From a virus: a stretch of DNA of 64,000 bases. The stretch spans positions 32,001-96,000 of IMG/VR virus record IMGVR_UViG_3300021962_000035; one strand, given 5' to 3'. Under the pieces are notes generated by a model. It did not search any database. It was not told the origin of the DNA and saw only the letters and a program-made list of their open reading frames with translations. Shown here piece by piece: positions 36,798 through 47,400 of the stretch; positions within the stretch are counted from its first letter, which is position 1, and every line of letters starts with the position of its first letter. A program made the translations under genes and the position numbers.

Positions 36798-38258
36798 ATG
36801 CCAGCTGATTGGGGTACATTTATAGCTAATGTCGGGAATAAACTTTCAGGCCAATCCATACAGGGATCTTACGATTCTGGAGGAAAGAATGTGGACGATT
36901 TTGCAACATATTTAGCTAATCAATATGTCCTAGCTGTAGCTGGAAAAGCACAAACACCTTTTGGTAACCTTCATCAGAAGGGGAATGCTCAATTACTTAC
37001 AACCGCTTTTACTCAAGCTTTTAAGCTTCTAGAAAAAGAACAAACCCCAACATTAGAGGAAAAGCTAAAAGATCCGGATTATTCAGATCTAGAAGATTCA
37101 CTTCCTAATGTTAAAACTGACGAATATCTGGATAAGTTCGATTTAGATTTTTTAGCGTGGGCTGAGTTAAATGGTGAATCAATACCAGATTTCACATATT
37201 CTATATTCTTCTCGCAATTTCCAGATTTCCCCACGACTAGAGAACAACAAGTTCTGGAGATAGCCAGAAGAATAGTTAAAAAATATGACGGTACATCTGA
37301 CTACATACAATGGATCTATAGTTTAAGATTAAGTCCGGACTATCAGGAATGGTCAAAGGAAATTTCTGATAAAGCTTTAGAACTCATAAAAGGACTCGGT
37401 ACCGCAGAGAGCAAGAAAATTGAAGATTTCAAAAACCTCCAGAACATAGAGATTACTAAGGAATTGTTTCAGGAAGAACATGCTAATGATCCAGAAAGAA
37501 TCCCAGATTATATGGTAAAAGACTTTATAATTAAATTCACTTACGATCAAAGATATGAGTCTGGTCTATTTAAGGCTTTTAGTGGAAATATTTCAGGCGT
37601 AAATAACCTAATTGATCGGAAATTAGCAACTAATGTTATTCTAAAGAATCAGAACCTAGATAAGTTATTTTCTAATGACTTTTCGGGATTGGGGTTAGTT
37701 AATAAGCTGGACTCATTAAAAGTCGTACAACCAGGAACTCCTGCTTATCTTAATAGAACACTTAAATTCGCTTCTATTAAGCTCAGTAAATCTATTGCTT
37801 ATGATTACGAGGCAGCTAGATTTAGAGATTTGAAGCAGAGATACATTCAGGAATTAGCGGACAAGGAGAAAAAGAATAGTGAATCTGATAATCAGAATGA
37901 CCCATATTATATAATGGCAACCGGGGTTTTAGCATATTGGGCATCTACCTTACAACAGCCATTTACGCCAACTCCGCCAGTTCCCCCTTGTTTGCTTACC
38001 TTGCCTCTGGGAGGTTTTTTCATTCCGATATACTACGGTAGCAGAAAAAGACTTGCAGATTATCTCAAAAGAGCTTTTAATAGTGGGAAAAAATTTAAAA
38101 CTATTCCGGAGAGACAAATAGGCGCAAGAGTAGTTGCTTCAGCTTTAGCTTTCTCTTTTGCAGCCAATATGCTTGAATTTAAGCTCATTTATAATGGGGG
38201 TGTTCCTACAAGCGGTCCCCCAGCTCCTATGATCGGTTTTGTCCCCATTGTTTTTTAA
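36798..38258 (+). CDS. Hypothetical protein next to the spike gene
   Basis: 486-aa ORF starting 2 nt after the spike stop; no recognised motif. Confidence 0.7.
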   Translation: MPADWGTFIANVGNKLSGQSIQGSYDSGGKNVDDFATYLANQYVLAVAGKAQTPFGNLHQKGNAQLLTTAFTQAFKLLEKEQTPTLEEKLKDPDYSDLEDSLPNVKTDEYLDKFDLDFLAWAELNGESIPDFTYSIFFSQFPDFPTTREQQVLEIARRIVKKYDGTSDYIQWIYSLRLSPDYQEWSKEISDKALELIKGLGTAESKKIEDFKNLQNIEITKELFQEEHANDPERIPDYMVKDFIIKFTYDQRYESGLFKAFSGNISGVNNLIDRKLATNVILKNQNLDKLFSNDFSGLGLVNKLDSLKVVQPGTPAYLNRTLKFASIKLSKSIAYDYEAARFRDLKQRYIQELADKEKKNSESDNQNDPYYIMATGVLAYWASTLQQPFTPTPPVPPCLLTLPLGGFFIPIYYGSRKRLADYLKRAFNSGKKFKTIPERQIGARVVASALAFSFAANMLEFKLIYNGGVPTSGPPAPMIGFVPIVF

Positions 38259-38292
38259 AATAATTCCGAGCTTTTAAAGGAACTTAAGCTTG

Positions 38293-38300
38293 GATATATA
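38293..38300 (+). promoter_or_regulatory. Late-promoter-like motif GATATATA
   Basis: 31 nt before ATG38332. Confidence 0.6.
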
Positions 38301-38331
38301 GTAAGATTAATAACTTCTTAAACAAAAAAAT

Positions 38332-39522
38332 ATGATTGATTTTTCATCAACTAACACACCAAACTCAGACGATTTTAACTGGGACGTAAGGAATGGAAGA
38401 ACTCCGAACACTAAACTCAAAAGGATTCCTAGTGGGTCTAAAATTTATTGCCACGAGCCTTATGCTCAGGAGCTTTTAGATGCTTATAATAACTATTTTG
38501 AAGGGTCTTCTTCTAATACAGTTTTCTCTAAGGATCTTGACGAGGGTAACGTTTATCCTTGCAAGATTGTATCTGTTAGCTTGAATGAAGCATTAGCTCA
38601 AACAAGTACGGGTCAAACAATTTACATCGATCTTAAGAAGGAAAGAAAAGATGCAGATAAATTAAGAATAACTGGATTATCTTTCAATCCAGGCGACGTT
38701 TTACAAGCTAGAGTAAGAAAAATCGGGGGTAATTACACAGGATCAGTGGTTGAATACTATATTCACAGTCTTAGAGCTGAATTATTCGAGCAGATTAAGA
38801 AAGAGTCTAGTGCATACAGCGTAAGAATTGAAAGCATCAATAAAGGTGGATACATCGTTGATCTATCGGGTATTAAATGTTTCTTACCTGGATCTTTAGC
38901 AGCTGCTAATAGAATCACTGATTTCGAATCTTATATCGGTAAAGAGCTACACGTAATGATTGAAGGTTATGTCGAAGCTAAAGATATCTTCATCGTTTCT
39001 TACAAGAAGTACCTTAACAAAATTATGGAGAGCAAGATTCAAGAATTGGATCTTACTAAGAAATACAAAGGATATGTCACAGGAACAAGTGACTTTGGAG
39101 TATTTGTTGAATGGGAAGAAGTTTACACAGGACTCATTCACAAAACTGAATTCAGTGAAGAGCACACAATTGCTAGTGTAAATCCTGGAGACGAGATTGA
39201 ATTCTACGTTAAGGAAATTAAGGATAATAACAGATTAACATTGACACTAGAGAAACCTTTAGAGAGAAATGTTATCATACACGATCTTGATAAACAAATC
39301 AAGGACGGAACATGTGAGCCAATCGAAGCAAAAATTAAACACAAGAGAAAAAACGGAATTTTAGTTGATCTTGTGGAATTTGGTCTTATGGCTCTTGTCC
39401 CTCAGGATAAAATTGGTAAAAAGACCAAGAATCTTAAGCCTGGGGATGATCTACTAGTTACGGTTTATGAAGTTGAACCATCTAGCGGAAAAATCTTCGC
39501 AGAACCGGTAAATGACCGATAA
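38332..39522 (+). CDS. Ribosomal protein bS1-like protein with four S1 domains
   Basis: INKGGYIVDLSGIKCFLPGSL, YKGYVTGTSDFGVFVE...GLIHKTEFS..VNPGDEIEFYVKEI, plus two further OB repeats. Confidence 0.85.
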   Translation: MIDFSSTNTPNSDDFNWDVRNGRTPNTKLKRIPSGSKIYCHEPYAQELLDAYNNYFEGSSSNTVFSKDLDEGNVYPCKIVSVSLNEALAQTSTGQTIYIDLKKERKDADKLRITGLSFNPGDVLQARVRKIGGNYTGSVVEYYIHSLRAELFEQIKKESSAYSVRIESINKGGYIVDLSGIKCFLPGSLAAANRITDFESYIGKELHVMIEGYVEAKDIFIVSYKKYLNKIMESKIQELDLTKKYKGYVTGTSDFGVFVEWEEVYTGLIHKTEFSEEHTIASVNPGDEIEFYVKEIKDNNRLTLTLEKPLERNVIIHDLDKQIKDGTCEPIEAKIKHKRKNGILVDLVEFGLMALVPQDKIGKKTKNLKPGDDLLVTVYEVEPSSGKIFAEPVNDR

Positions 39523-40918
39523 TAGAACTCATTTTGACAAAGCGCATGCCCTTAGCTCTTCTGTAATAGGATTCGAATTTGAATTTTATACTAATTTGCT
39601 AAAGGGCAGAGCAGCGGAGTTACTTTCTAAGCTTGTTAATAAAAAGGTAGTGGTATCCGAAAGGTACCACTCTAATATTGAGGTAGATGCAAATACTTGC
39701 AAGCTAGAGCCAGATTATTCTGGCGGGAGCAAAATGATGGAGTTTATTACTGGTCCGCTTCCTTACAATGAGGCTATCCCTATATTAATTAAGGTTCTTA
39801 ATTGGATAGACGAAAATGGGTGGACAACGGATAGATGTGCATTCCAGTTTTCTGTTAGTTTTGATAAATTCAGAAGGGATGTTAAGGATAAAATAGAGAA
39901 CTTAGATAAACTTAAATTTATATTGGGTCTTGATGAAAACCTGATCTATTCTAAATTTGGAAACAGATCAAAAAACGTTTATGCTAAATCTATAAAAAGG
40001 GTGGTTCCCAGAAATAGATTTTCTATGGTTGAAAATCTGACATCTATTGATCCTAAGATGTTTAAAGTTCCGGAGGACAAATACTACGGAGTAAATTTCA
40101 CAAAAATTCCAAAGGGATATTTAGAGTTCAGATATTTAGGAAACAGAGATTATCAAAAGAAAACTAAGGACATTAGAGAAATCATAGATTACGTTATCCT
40201 TTATATGTATGATTTATTAAGTCATAGAATATCTGGATATACCAAGGAAGATCTTTCAAAGCTTCAGGGAATGATGAACCAATACACAAAGGTTGTTAGA
40301 TCATTCAGTAACCCGGATTTCTTTTTCAGAAATTTTCCAGACTTTCATATATTCGTAGATCTTAAGGGTCTAGACGAAAACATAAAAACTTATTGGTCAA
40401 TTATAAGAGACAAGGTCTTTGAAATAATCGTGGAAGGAAACGTTACTTCGGGATACTTCAACTACGACACAACCACAGGAAGATGTCAATTAAAAGATGC
40501 TAGAAGTAGAGAAGCTTTAGAATTAAAGGATATAGATCTTATTTTATGTGACATAAAGAATGGTATAGTTAAAAATTGTAACATATACAGTTCCAAGATA
40601 AAGAAGTCTTCAGTAGAGGAGTGTTACATAGTTAATGACACTAAAGTTATATCGTCCAAGATTAAGAATTGTGTTGTAGATTTTGGAAATGAACTAGAAG
40701 ATTGTTTTATAGACTGCGAGGGTAAAACCATAAACTGTAAAATAATAGAAGGAGTCTTAAGAGCTGGTAACGTTGGTGAAAATGCTGAGGTAAGCAAAGA
40801 AACGCTAAAAGTTAAAGGATGGGAAGATTTTAGAAAAGAAAGATTTATTACAGATAAAAGATTGAAGGATCTCAACGATAGATACAATAATCCAAGGTTC
40901 GGTAATATGAACTTTTAA
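39512..40918 (+). CDS. Putative amidoligase (COOH-NH2 ligase, glutamine-synthetase-like fold) with C-terminal beta-helix
   Basis: IGFEFEF, MEFITGPL, TTDRCAF, KYYGVNF, YLEFRYLG; C-terminal [IV]KNC-type repeats. Confidence 0.7.
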   Translation: MTDNRTHFDKAHALSSSVIGFEFEFYTNLLKGRAAELLSKLVNKKVVVSERYHSNIEVDANTCKLEPDYSGGSKMMEFITGPLPYNEAIPILIKVLNWIDENGWTTDRCAFQFSVSFDKFRRDVKDKIENLDKLKFILGLDENLIYSKFGNRSKNVYAKSIKRVVPRNRFSMVENLTSIDPKMFKVPEDKYYGVNFTKIPKGYLEFRYLGNRDYQKKTKDIREIIDYVILYMYDLLSHRISGYTKEDLSKLQGMMNQYTKVVRSFSNPDFFFRNFPDFHIFVDLKGLDENIKTYWSIIRDKVFEIIVEGNVTSGYFNYDTTTGRCQLKDARSREALELKDIDLILCDIKNGIVKNCNIYSSKIKKSSVEECYIVNDTKVISSKIKNCVVDFGNELEDCFIDCEGKTINCKIIEGVLRAGNVGENAEVSKETLKVKGWEDFRKERFITDKRLKDLNDRYNNPRFGNMNF

Positions 40919-40934
40919 AAATAATCGCTAAAAG

Positions 40935-41711
40935 ATGACAGAAGAAGAACTAATCCAGGAAATAGAAGATGCGCTTTCTTTTAGTTGTGCCCTCCCTTAT
41001 AATCTAAACGAGCAGGAAACCAAAAGGATAATAAAGAGAGCGAGAGCATGGTTTCTTGATAACTATCAATATGCGGTAGAGGAGAGAGTTTTTGTTCTTG
41101 CAAACGCAATATTTCAGCATCCTGAATTTAGAGCAACCAGACAATTAAAGCTACCTGAATCTATAGTTACCGTTTATGACGTTAGAGAAGTTGGTGGGTA
41201 TGGTATATCGGGTAACCCTGACAGGGATTTTGGTGATTCTAAATTGCTCGGATCTGAGCTTCTATTATCGCCTTTCGTAGGAGATAACCTTGTTTATCGT
41301 ACAGTAATGTACTCATACTTCGATCTAGCCAAAGCTTATTTGTTAAATAGCTTTGCTTTCAAATGGAATAAAAACAGTAAAAAACTAACTATTTTAGGTA
41401 GAGACCCAAACAGGACTGGAAAGGGGCAACTTGCTCAGGGATTTGGTGCTGGTGGGGTGGACGTATCAATTAGATGTTTCGTAGCTTTAAATGACGATGA
41501 CCTCTTTGCAGACGAGCTTTTCATCAGATATTGTATAGCCAAGGCTAAAATTGCATTGGCAAATATGCTTTCAGTTTTTACATATAACTTACCGGGTGGG
41601 GTACAGGTGAATGCAGCAGATATAAGATCCACTGGAGAAGCAGAATTACAGGAAGTTATGGATATGATCAACGGAGAAAATACTCCAAGTTACTTCCTTC
41701 AGTGGAACTAA
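40935..41711 (+). CDS. Neck / head-completion protein (gp13-like)
   Basis: IRYCIAKAKIALANML..NLPGGVQVNAADIRSTGEAELQE resembles the gp13 C-terminus. Confidence 0.75.
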   Translation: MTEEELIQEIEDALSFSCALPYNLNEQETKRIIKRARAWFLDNYQYAVEERVFVLANAIFQHPEFRATRQLKLPESIVTVYDVREVGGYGISGNPDRDFGDSKLLGSELLLSPFVGDNLVYRTVMYSYFDLAKAYLLNSFAFKWNKNSKKLTILGRDPNRTGKGQLAQGFGAGGVDVSIRCFVALNDDDLFADELFIRYCIAKAKIALANMLSVFTYNLPGGVQVNAADIRSTGEAELQEVMDMINGENTPSYFLQWN

Positions 41712-41730
41712 TAGACTTAATTTTAATTAT

Positions 41731-41764
41731 AAACCCCTGGTTTTTAAAAATCCGGGGGTTTTTT
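41731..41764 (+). terminator. Rho-independent terminator
   Basis: AAACCCCTGG...CCGGGGGTTT stem followed by a T-tract. Confidence 0.8.
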
Positions 41765-41792
41765 GTTTACGTTTACTGTGTTTAAAATCTGC

Positions 41793-41800
41793 GATATATA
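41793..41800 (+). promoter_or_regulatory. Late-promoter-like motif GATATATA
   Basis: 18 nt before ATG41819. Confidence 0.65.
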
Positions 41801-41818
41801 ATACGAAAAAAGATTCCA

Positions 41819-42190
41819 ATGAGAGAGATTTACAACAGAGATCCTTTAGATCCCAACTACAATCCATACCAGATCGAAACGTCGGATCCGGTAGAGATTT
41901 GCGTGGGTCAAATAAAAATGCTTCTCCTGACAAACAAGGGAGAAGTTTTGGGAGATCCTAAGTTCGGACTCAATCTGGAAGATCTGATATTTACACTTAA
42001 TTTATCCGAAGCTAGCATAAGGAAAGAGCTCGATTTATTCCTGCAAACTTATATCCCTTTATTTAAGAAATTGGGTGGTTCATATTCGCTTAAATTTTAT
42101 CAAGGGACACAAAGAGATATAGCTACACTTGATTTTAATATACCAGTTAACGGTGGATTAAGTCCGGTCGTTACACTAAGAATAACTTAA
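41819..42190 (+). CDS. Baseplate wedge subunit (gp25-like)
   Basis: QIKMLLLTNKGEVLGDPKFGLNLEDLIF. Confidence 0.85.
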   Translation: MREIYNRDPLDPNYNPYQIETSDPVEICVGQIKMLLLTNKGEVLGDPKFGLNLEDLIFTLNLSEASIRKELDLFLQTYIPLFKKLGGSYSLKFYQGTQRDIATLDFNIPVNGGLSPVVTLRIT

Positions 42191-42199
42191 TATAGAGAA

Positions 42200-43924
42200 A
42201 TGAACATTTTTAAGAAAAATAACATCCTGATTAACGGTCTATTAAATGACACGTTTACTTTTTTGCAGGACACATATAACCAAACGGCTAATTTATTTAC
42301 CGTTGCATCTGCATGGGGACAAATACTATTTGTTCTCCAGAATCTTTCTCAGATGATCTTATATTTCATTGAGGATTCAATCACTGAGCTTAACATGGAG
42401 CAAGCAACTAGAGATTACTCAGTCAGAAGTTTAGCTAGAATAGCTGGGTATGACCCAGGAAGAGCTTCTGCTGCTCAGGGAGAAGTTACGCTTTCATGGA
42501 ACAGGAGAGAATCTGATGTTGGCGGAAGTGCGGTCATAATAAACAATAACGCTTTAATAAGATGCCAAGAAAATGGTAAAGTCTATGCTTTAGTTTTTGG
42601 TTCATCTAGAGTAACCATTCAGCTTAGCGGAAGTTATCCTGCATTGAGAACTAAAATAGCTCAGGGAGAATTTCAGACATCCGTTGTTACCGGTACAGGT
42701 AACGCTCTCCAAAGTTTCAATCTACCTTCAAGCACTGGTGCTTATCTAGACCAATTTTATGTTAACGTTTATGTAAACGAGGAGAAATGGAGAAGATATG
42801 ATTCACTATATGACATACCTCTAAATGGAAAGGGATTCATGGTAAGAACAGGGATTCAAGAAGGCCTTGATATTTATTTCGGTAATTCTAACTTTGGTAT
42901 GATCCCTCAGAGAGGATCAAGGATAAGAATAGAATATTTACAGACATCGGGTTCTTCAGGAAATGCGAATTCTACAAAAGATAAGGGTCTAACCTATAAA
43001 TTCGTTACAACAGGAACAGATCTATTTGGTAAAGAAGTTGATTTAAACAATTACCTGGATATCTCTAACCAGATCGATCCTTCTTTTGGTACAAATCCGG
43101 AATCTATAAACCTCATAAGACTAGTTGCTCCGAAAACAAGTAGATCCTTCGTTTTTGCAAATGCACAGAACTATGAGATATTCTTAAATAAATTGGGAAT
43201 ATTTTCACAGATCCAAGCATTCTCCACTTTCGATGACGAGTATCTGGATGATGATAACGTTATTTACATTTTCTTGGTACCTGATATAACACTAAACATT
43301 TCTTCTAATGAGGATTATTTCGATATACCGGTATCTAATTTCCTTCTTACGACTGCACAGAAAAACAAGGTTATAAATCTTATAGAGGATTCAGGTTCAA
43401 TGATAGCAACAACCGTTGTTAAAATTGTCGAACCTACTGTAGCTAGATTTGTAGGTAATGCGGTTATAACAATGTTTGAGGGATATGATCCTGAAACGAT
43501 CCGACAAGCTATAAGAAAGAAAATTTCAGAATACATGCTGAATCTTAAAAGAAGAGATTTTATACCTAAGTCTGACATGATTGCTTTAATTGAATCTGTA
43601 GAGGGTGTGGATTCAGTTTCCTTCTATTTCGTTGGGGAAGCAAATGAAAAGAATCAGCAGCTTATGAGTGGATTAAGCAACGTTAGTCAGGAGCAATTAC
43701 AGCAACAGGTTGGATTAAATGAATTTGGTGATATAATTATAGGAAGAAATCAATTGGTAGTTCTTAGAGGTGGATGGACGGATAGAAACGGAACAGAATA
43801 TCAGACTGGTATAGTTACAGGTAAACCTGGACCTTTAAATATAAGCATATCTAAAGTGGTTCCGATGAATTTTAACATGTCTCTAAATTCAGAGATGAAA
43901 GCTCAACTTATAAGCAATAAATAA
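42200..43924 (+). CDS. Baseplate wedge protein (gp6 / baseplate-J-like)
   Basis: ATRDYSVRSLARIAGYDPGRASAAQG; GTNPESINLIRLVAP...AQNYE. Confidence 0.85.
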   Translation: MNIFKKNNILINGLLNDTFTFLQDTYNQTANLFTVASAWGQILFVLQNLSQMILYFIEDSITELNMEQATRDYSVRSLARIAGYDPGRASAAQGEVTLSWNRRESDVGGSAVIINNNALIRCQENGKVYALVFGSSRVTIQLSGSYPALRTKIAQGEFQTSVVTGTGNALQSFNLPSSTGAYLDQFYVNVYVNEEKWRRYDSLYDIPLNGKGFMVRTGIQEGLDIYFGNSNFGMIPQRGSRIRIEYLQTSGSSGNANSTKDKGLTYKFVTTGTDLFGKEVDLNNYLDISNQIDPSFGTNPESINLIRLVAPKTSRSFVFANAQNYEIFLNKLGIFSQIQAFSTFDDEYLDDDNVIYIFLVPDITLNISSNEDYFDIPVSNFLLTTAQKNKVINLIEDSGSMIATTVVKIVEPTVARFVGNAVITMFEGYDPETIRQAIRKKISEYMLNLKRRDFIPKSDMIALIESVEGVDSVSFYFVGEANEKNQQLMSGLSNVSQEQLQQQVGLNEFGDIIIGRNQLVVLRGGWTDRNGTEYQTGIVTGKPGPLNISISKVVPMNFNMSLNSEMKAQLISNK

Positions 43925-44454
43925 TGGAAAAATTTTCACCTTTCTTCCCCGATCTAAAGAAGGATATTAATTATACGGTATCCGGAATAAAACCCCGTAC
44001 CAATAATACAACTTTCTATAACTCTAAGGATGCTTATCCTACACAGGCTCTTGCTGAGGATAGAGCAATTAACATAGGATGCTCTGGCTATCGAAGAATC
44101 ATAGTTAGCGGCACAGGCGAATATAAATTTTCACCTTGCTCTGATGCTAATGAATATAAAACAATTATGAAAGCTATGCCTAAGATTCCGGTTGAGAGAA
44201 GGTATTACGAATATGATCCGACATCAAATATCTATGATATAAGGGATAGCTTTAATGACAATCTCTATAATGGTTTCGAATATAAAGATCAAATATTAAA
44301 GAGATCTTTAGCTAATGCTATGTACAGAGATCCCATTAAAGAAGCAATACTGGGTTACTTCAATAGAGTAGTTTTTGGGTTGATCGAAACAACAAAGCAA
44401 ATTAAAAATTTTGTTAACTATACAGTTAAGAAAAACAACAGAAGAGTTTTTTAA
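43924..44454 (+). CDS. Hypothetical baseplate-region protein
   Basis: 176-aa ORF coupled to the gp6-like gene. Confidence 0.6.
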   Translation: MEKFSPFFPDLKKDINYTVSGIKPRTNNTTFYNSKDAYPTQALAEDRAINIGCSGYRRIIVSGTGEYKFSPCSDANEYKTIMKAMPKIPVERRYYEYDPTSNIYDIRDSFNDNLYNGFEYKDQILKRSLANAMYRDPIKEAILGYFNRVVFGLIETTKQIKNFVNYTVKKNNRRVF

Positions 44455-44457
44455 AGT

Positions 44458-47400
44458 ATGTCAAATTTTTTCTACAGAAGGCTTAATTTTTATGATAAAA
44501 CTGGAAGTCCATTAAATTTCGAATATATCGGAGCTACTGGACCGAGCGAGCTTGATCTTAAATTTACCTACATAACTAACTCGTCTGTTTCTAGCTCGGG
44601 TGCATGTTCAGTTGCTCAACTTGATAATAACACGTCACCTTACATAGACTTAAATCCTACTGATTTAAACGGGTACTACATAAACAGTTGGGCAACGGAA
44701 GCAAATGATTATATTCTAAATGGAGCTGATGTATTTCTATACGGAAGAATTGCAGGTCAGAATGAATTCAGCGCAAAGATAACTTCGGTTGTTGACAATT
44801 CAACATATTACAGAGTAAACTTCGAAACTGATAGCGTATCTGGACAGGAGTTAATAAGCTTGGATAATCAGATATATTTCAACACTGTCTATACAAATAG
44901 ACCGGGTGGATATTTTAAGGGTAACATATATTTCGATCCGGTTTCTTCTGGACTTTACGAAAACCAGCAGATATTCATAGTACAGCTACTCGAATCTTCT
45001 GGTAATTTTGAATACGGACTTCCACACACTGGGGTAACTGGAGCTACTGCAGGTGTATGGAGAACTAGATGGTACAATGACAGCTACGGCGAAACTGATG
45101 TATCTGAAATACTTTTTACTTACAAGATCGAAGACCAGTTAGAGGGGGGTGAAGGCAAACCTCTTATAGTTAGCTACCCAAACATAGTTTATAGTGTTGA
45201 TGCAGATCCTACTGACTCATTGACTGGAAACGGATACGTTTCAACAAGCACTGTTAGTTCAGAGGCTCTTTCGATTAACGTTGCAATTAACGCAACAGAT
45301 CTTGCTTCAAATATTTACGAGAGAAAATTAATAGTAGAAGATATCAGTAGTGGAACCCCACAGAAGGTAATTGAGATAGATTTCTATGGTGAAATTATTG
45401 GCGAGGATGAAAGATTTGATATAATGCTTCGAAATATAGGTAGAGCTTTCTACCAAGAAGATTCGATTATATTAAGAGATCACGATCCGAATGAGCCCCT
45501 TCCGAATTATTTGGAAATAAACGAGAAAAGGAAAGAGCTACTTGTAGCAGGAGAGGAAATTTTTCCTTATTTGGGAAGTTATAAGGGGCTTATAAATGTA
45601 ATAAAATTTTTCGGGTATCAGGATCTTAGAATAAAGGAGTATTGGTTAAATCTTCAATACCAAAGCTTGAAGCTGGAATCGCCTTTGCAACAGAATGCAC
45701 AGTTTCTTAGGGCGATAAAGAATCAGCAGAAAGGTGGATATTCCCAAAGCTACCAGATAGGAGATGTATTAGACAATCCAAATTCAGGTAAATATAAGCT
45801 GGTTCAGACATATGGACCCGACGGGAACGGTAACTACGTGTTAGATGTTTCTTCAGAGGAAACCTTGCTTCCTAGCAGAACCTATAAAAAGACCTCCCTA
45901 TTCGGTCTCTATTACGATATAAATAAGACAACCGGATATGATTCTGATTTTGGATATCCTGAGGTTATAGATTCTTTTCAGTTTACTCAAGAGGAAGTTC
46001 TTATAAAGATGTTTGCACTAAAGGAAAGGCTCAAGAGAGATTATCTTCCTTTAAACGCAAGAATCATAGACATCACGGGCGAGGGTATTTACTTCAACGT
46101 TTATAATACTAAGGCTTGGACCGATGTTATGGAAAGACCTGACATCGAATCAGGATTTTATACTGACATAAAGGTTACACCGGATTTTGGATTTTTAGAA
46201 GATCTTAGAAATTTCTCAACAAGACCTTTAGCAAATTCAATACAAACCCCAAGCTCATACAATAATTATTATAAAATCGAATCCAGCGTTGGCGGCGGAA
46301 CCGGAAGTGCTATGTATTTCTCCGGAATTCCTGCAACGGGACCGAATCCTTTATTGACGGTAACCGCGGGTAAAACATACGAATTTAGTTTCGATACAGA
46401 TGGATTTGATCTCTACATAACAACCGATAGCTCTTTAAATCAGAGCGATCCTATCGGATTAACTGGAAATGGTGCAACTGCGGGTTCTTCTAGTATTGTT
46501 TGGTATGTAAATCCTCAGCAGACATCTCCTGTTTATTATTATTCTTCGCCCAATAAGGCACTTCTGAATGGTGTGATCAATGTCTTGCCTTCCGAATTAT
46601 CTGATCTTGGTAATATAATAGACCCTCTTTCATTCCAACAGAATTATAGTGCAAATCAGAATCAATCACTTATAAGTTCAATAAGCGAATTCTATACACT
46701 TAAACAGAATTCCGACCTAGTTGAACTTGGAGATGGGAAATACGATCCACCTGCCTACATAGATCCTGTAACGGGACTCCAATACCAGACACCGATAGGA
46801 ATGCCTATTATATTGGAGTTGATCAGAGACATATGGTCTTGGGATGAGCTTAACATAAGCTGGTCTTCATTATTAATACCTTCGTTCAAAGTTGGAAGCA
46901 GGGTATTGTATAAACCCACAAACATATATGGAACGGTTACTAGCGTTGATTACTCTACAGGGATCTACGATATTTTACTCGATAATTCAACTACAGTAAC
47001 AACTGACGAGTCCTCCTTATTTTCAAGCATCCAAAATTACACCATACTTAACTGGAAGAACGTAGATTTCTCAAACATGGTTGATATTGAATGGATCATA
47101 AATAAACCAGCAACACAACAAGGAAGCCCTTATAATTTTCAATTTAGAGGATCTATACTGGACTTTTATACATTAGCCCACTTTGTACCATACACTGGGG
47201 TTTATCAAGTAACTTGCAACGTTTATGATGCGTTTAATGCTAAAACAGTAGCAATCAAGAATGGAGCTATAACAGTTAGTCCTAAAGTTATAGATATCGA
47301 TGCTTGGTCTAGATTTAGAGAGGTTGAAGACTATAGATGGAGAAATGTATATAGGGGATGGGACGATTACAGCTCTATCTGGGAATATCCCGCCGAGGGA

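Noticed and set aside
41819-42190. gp25-like gene as a lysozyme
   Set aside because: gp25 is a structural wedge/sheath-initiator fold and no catalytic motif is seen.
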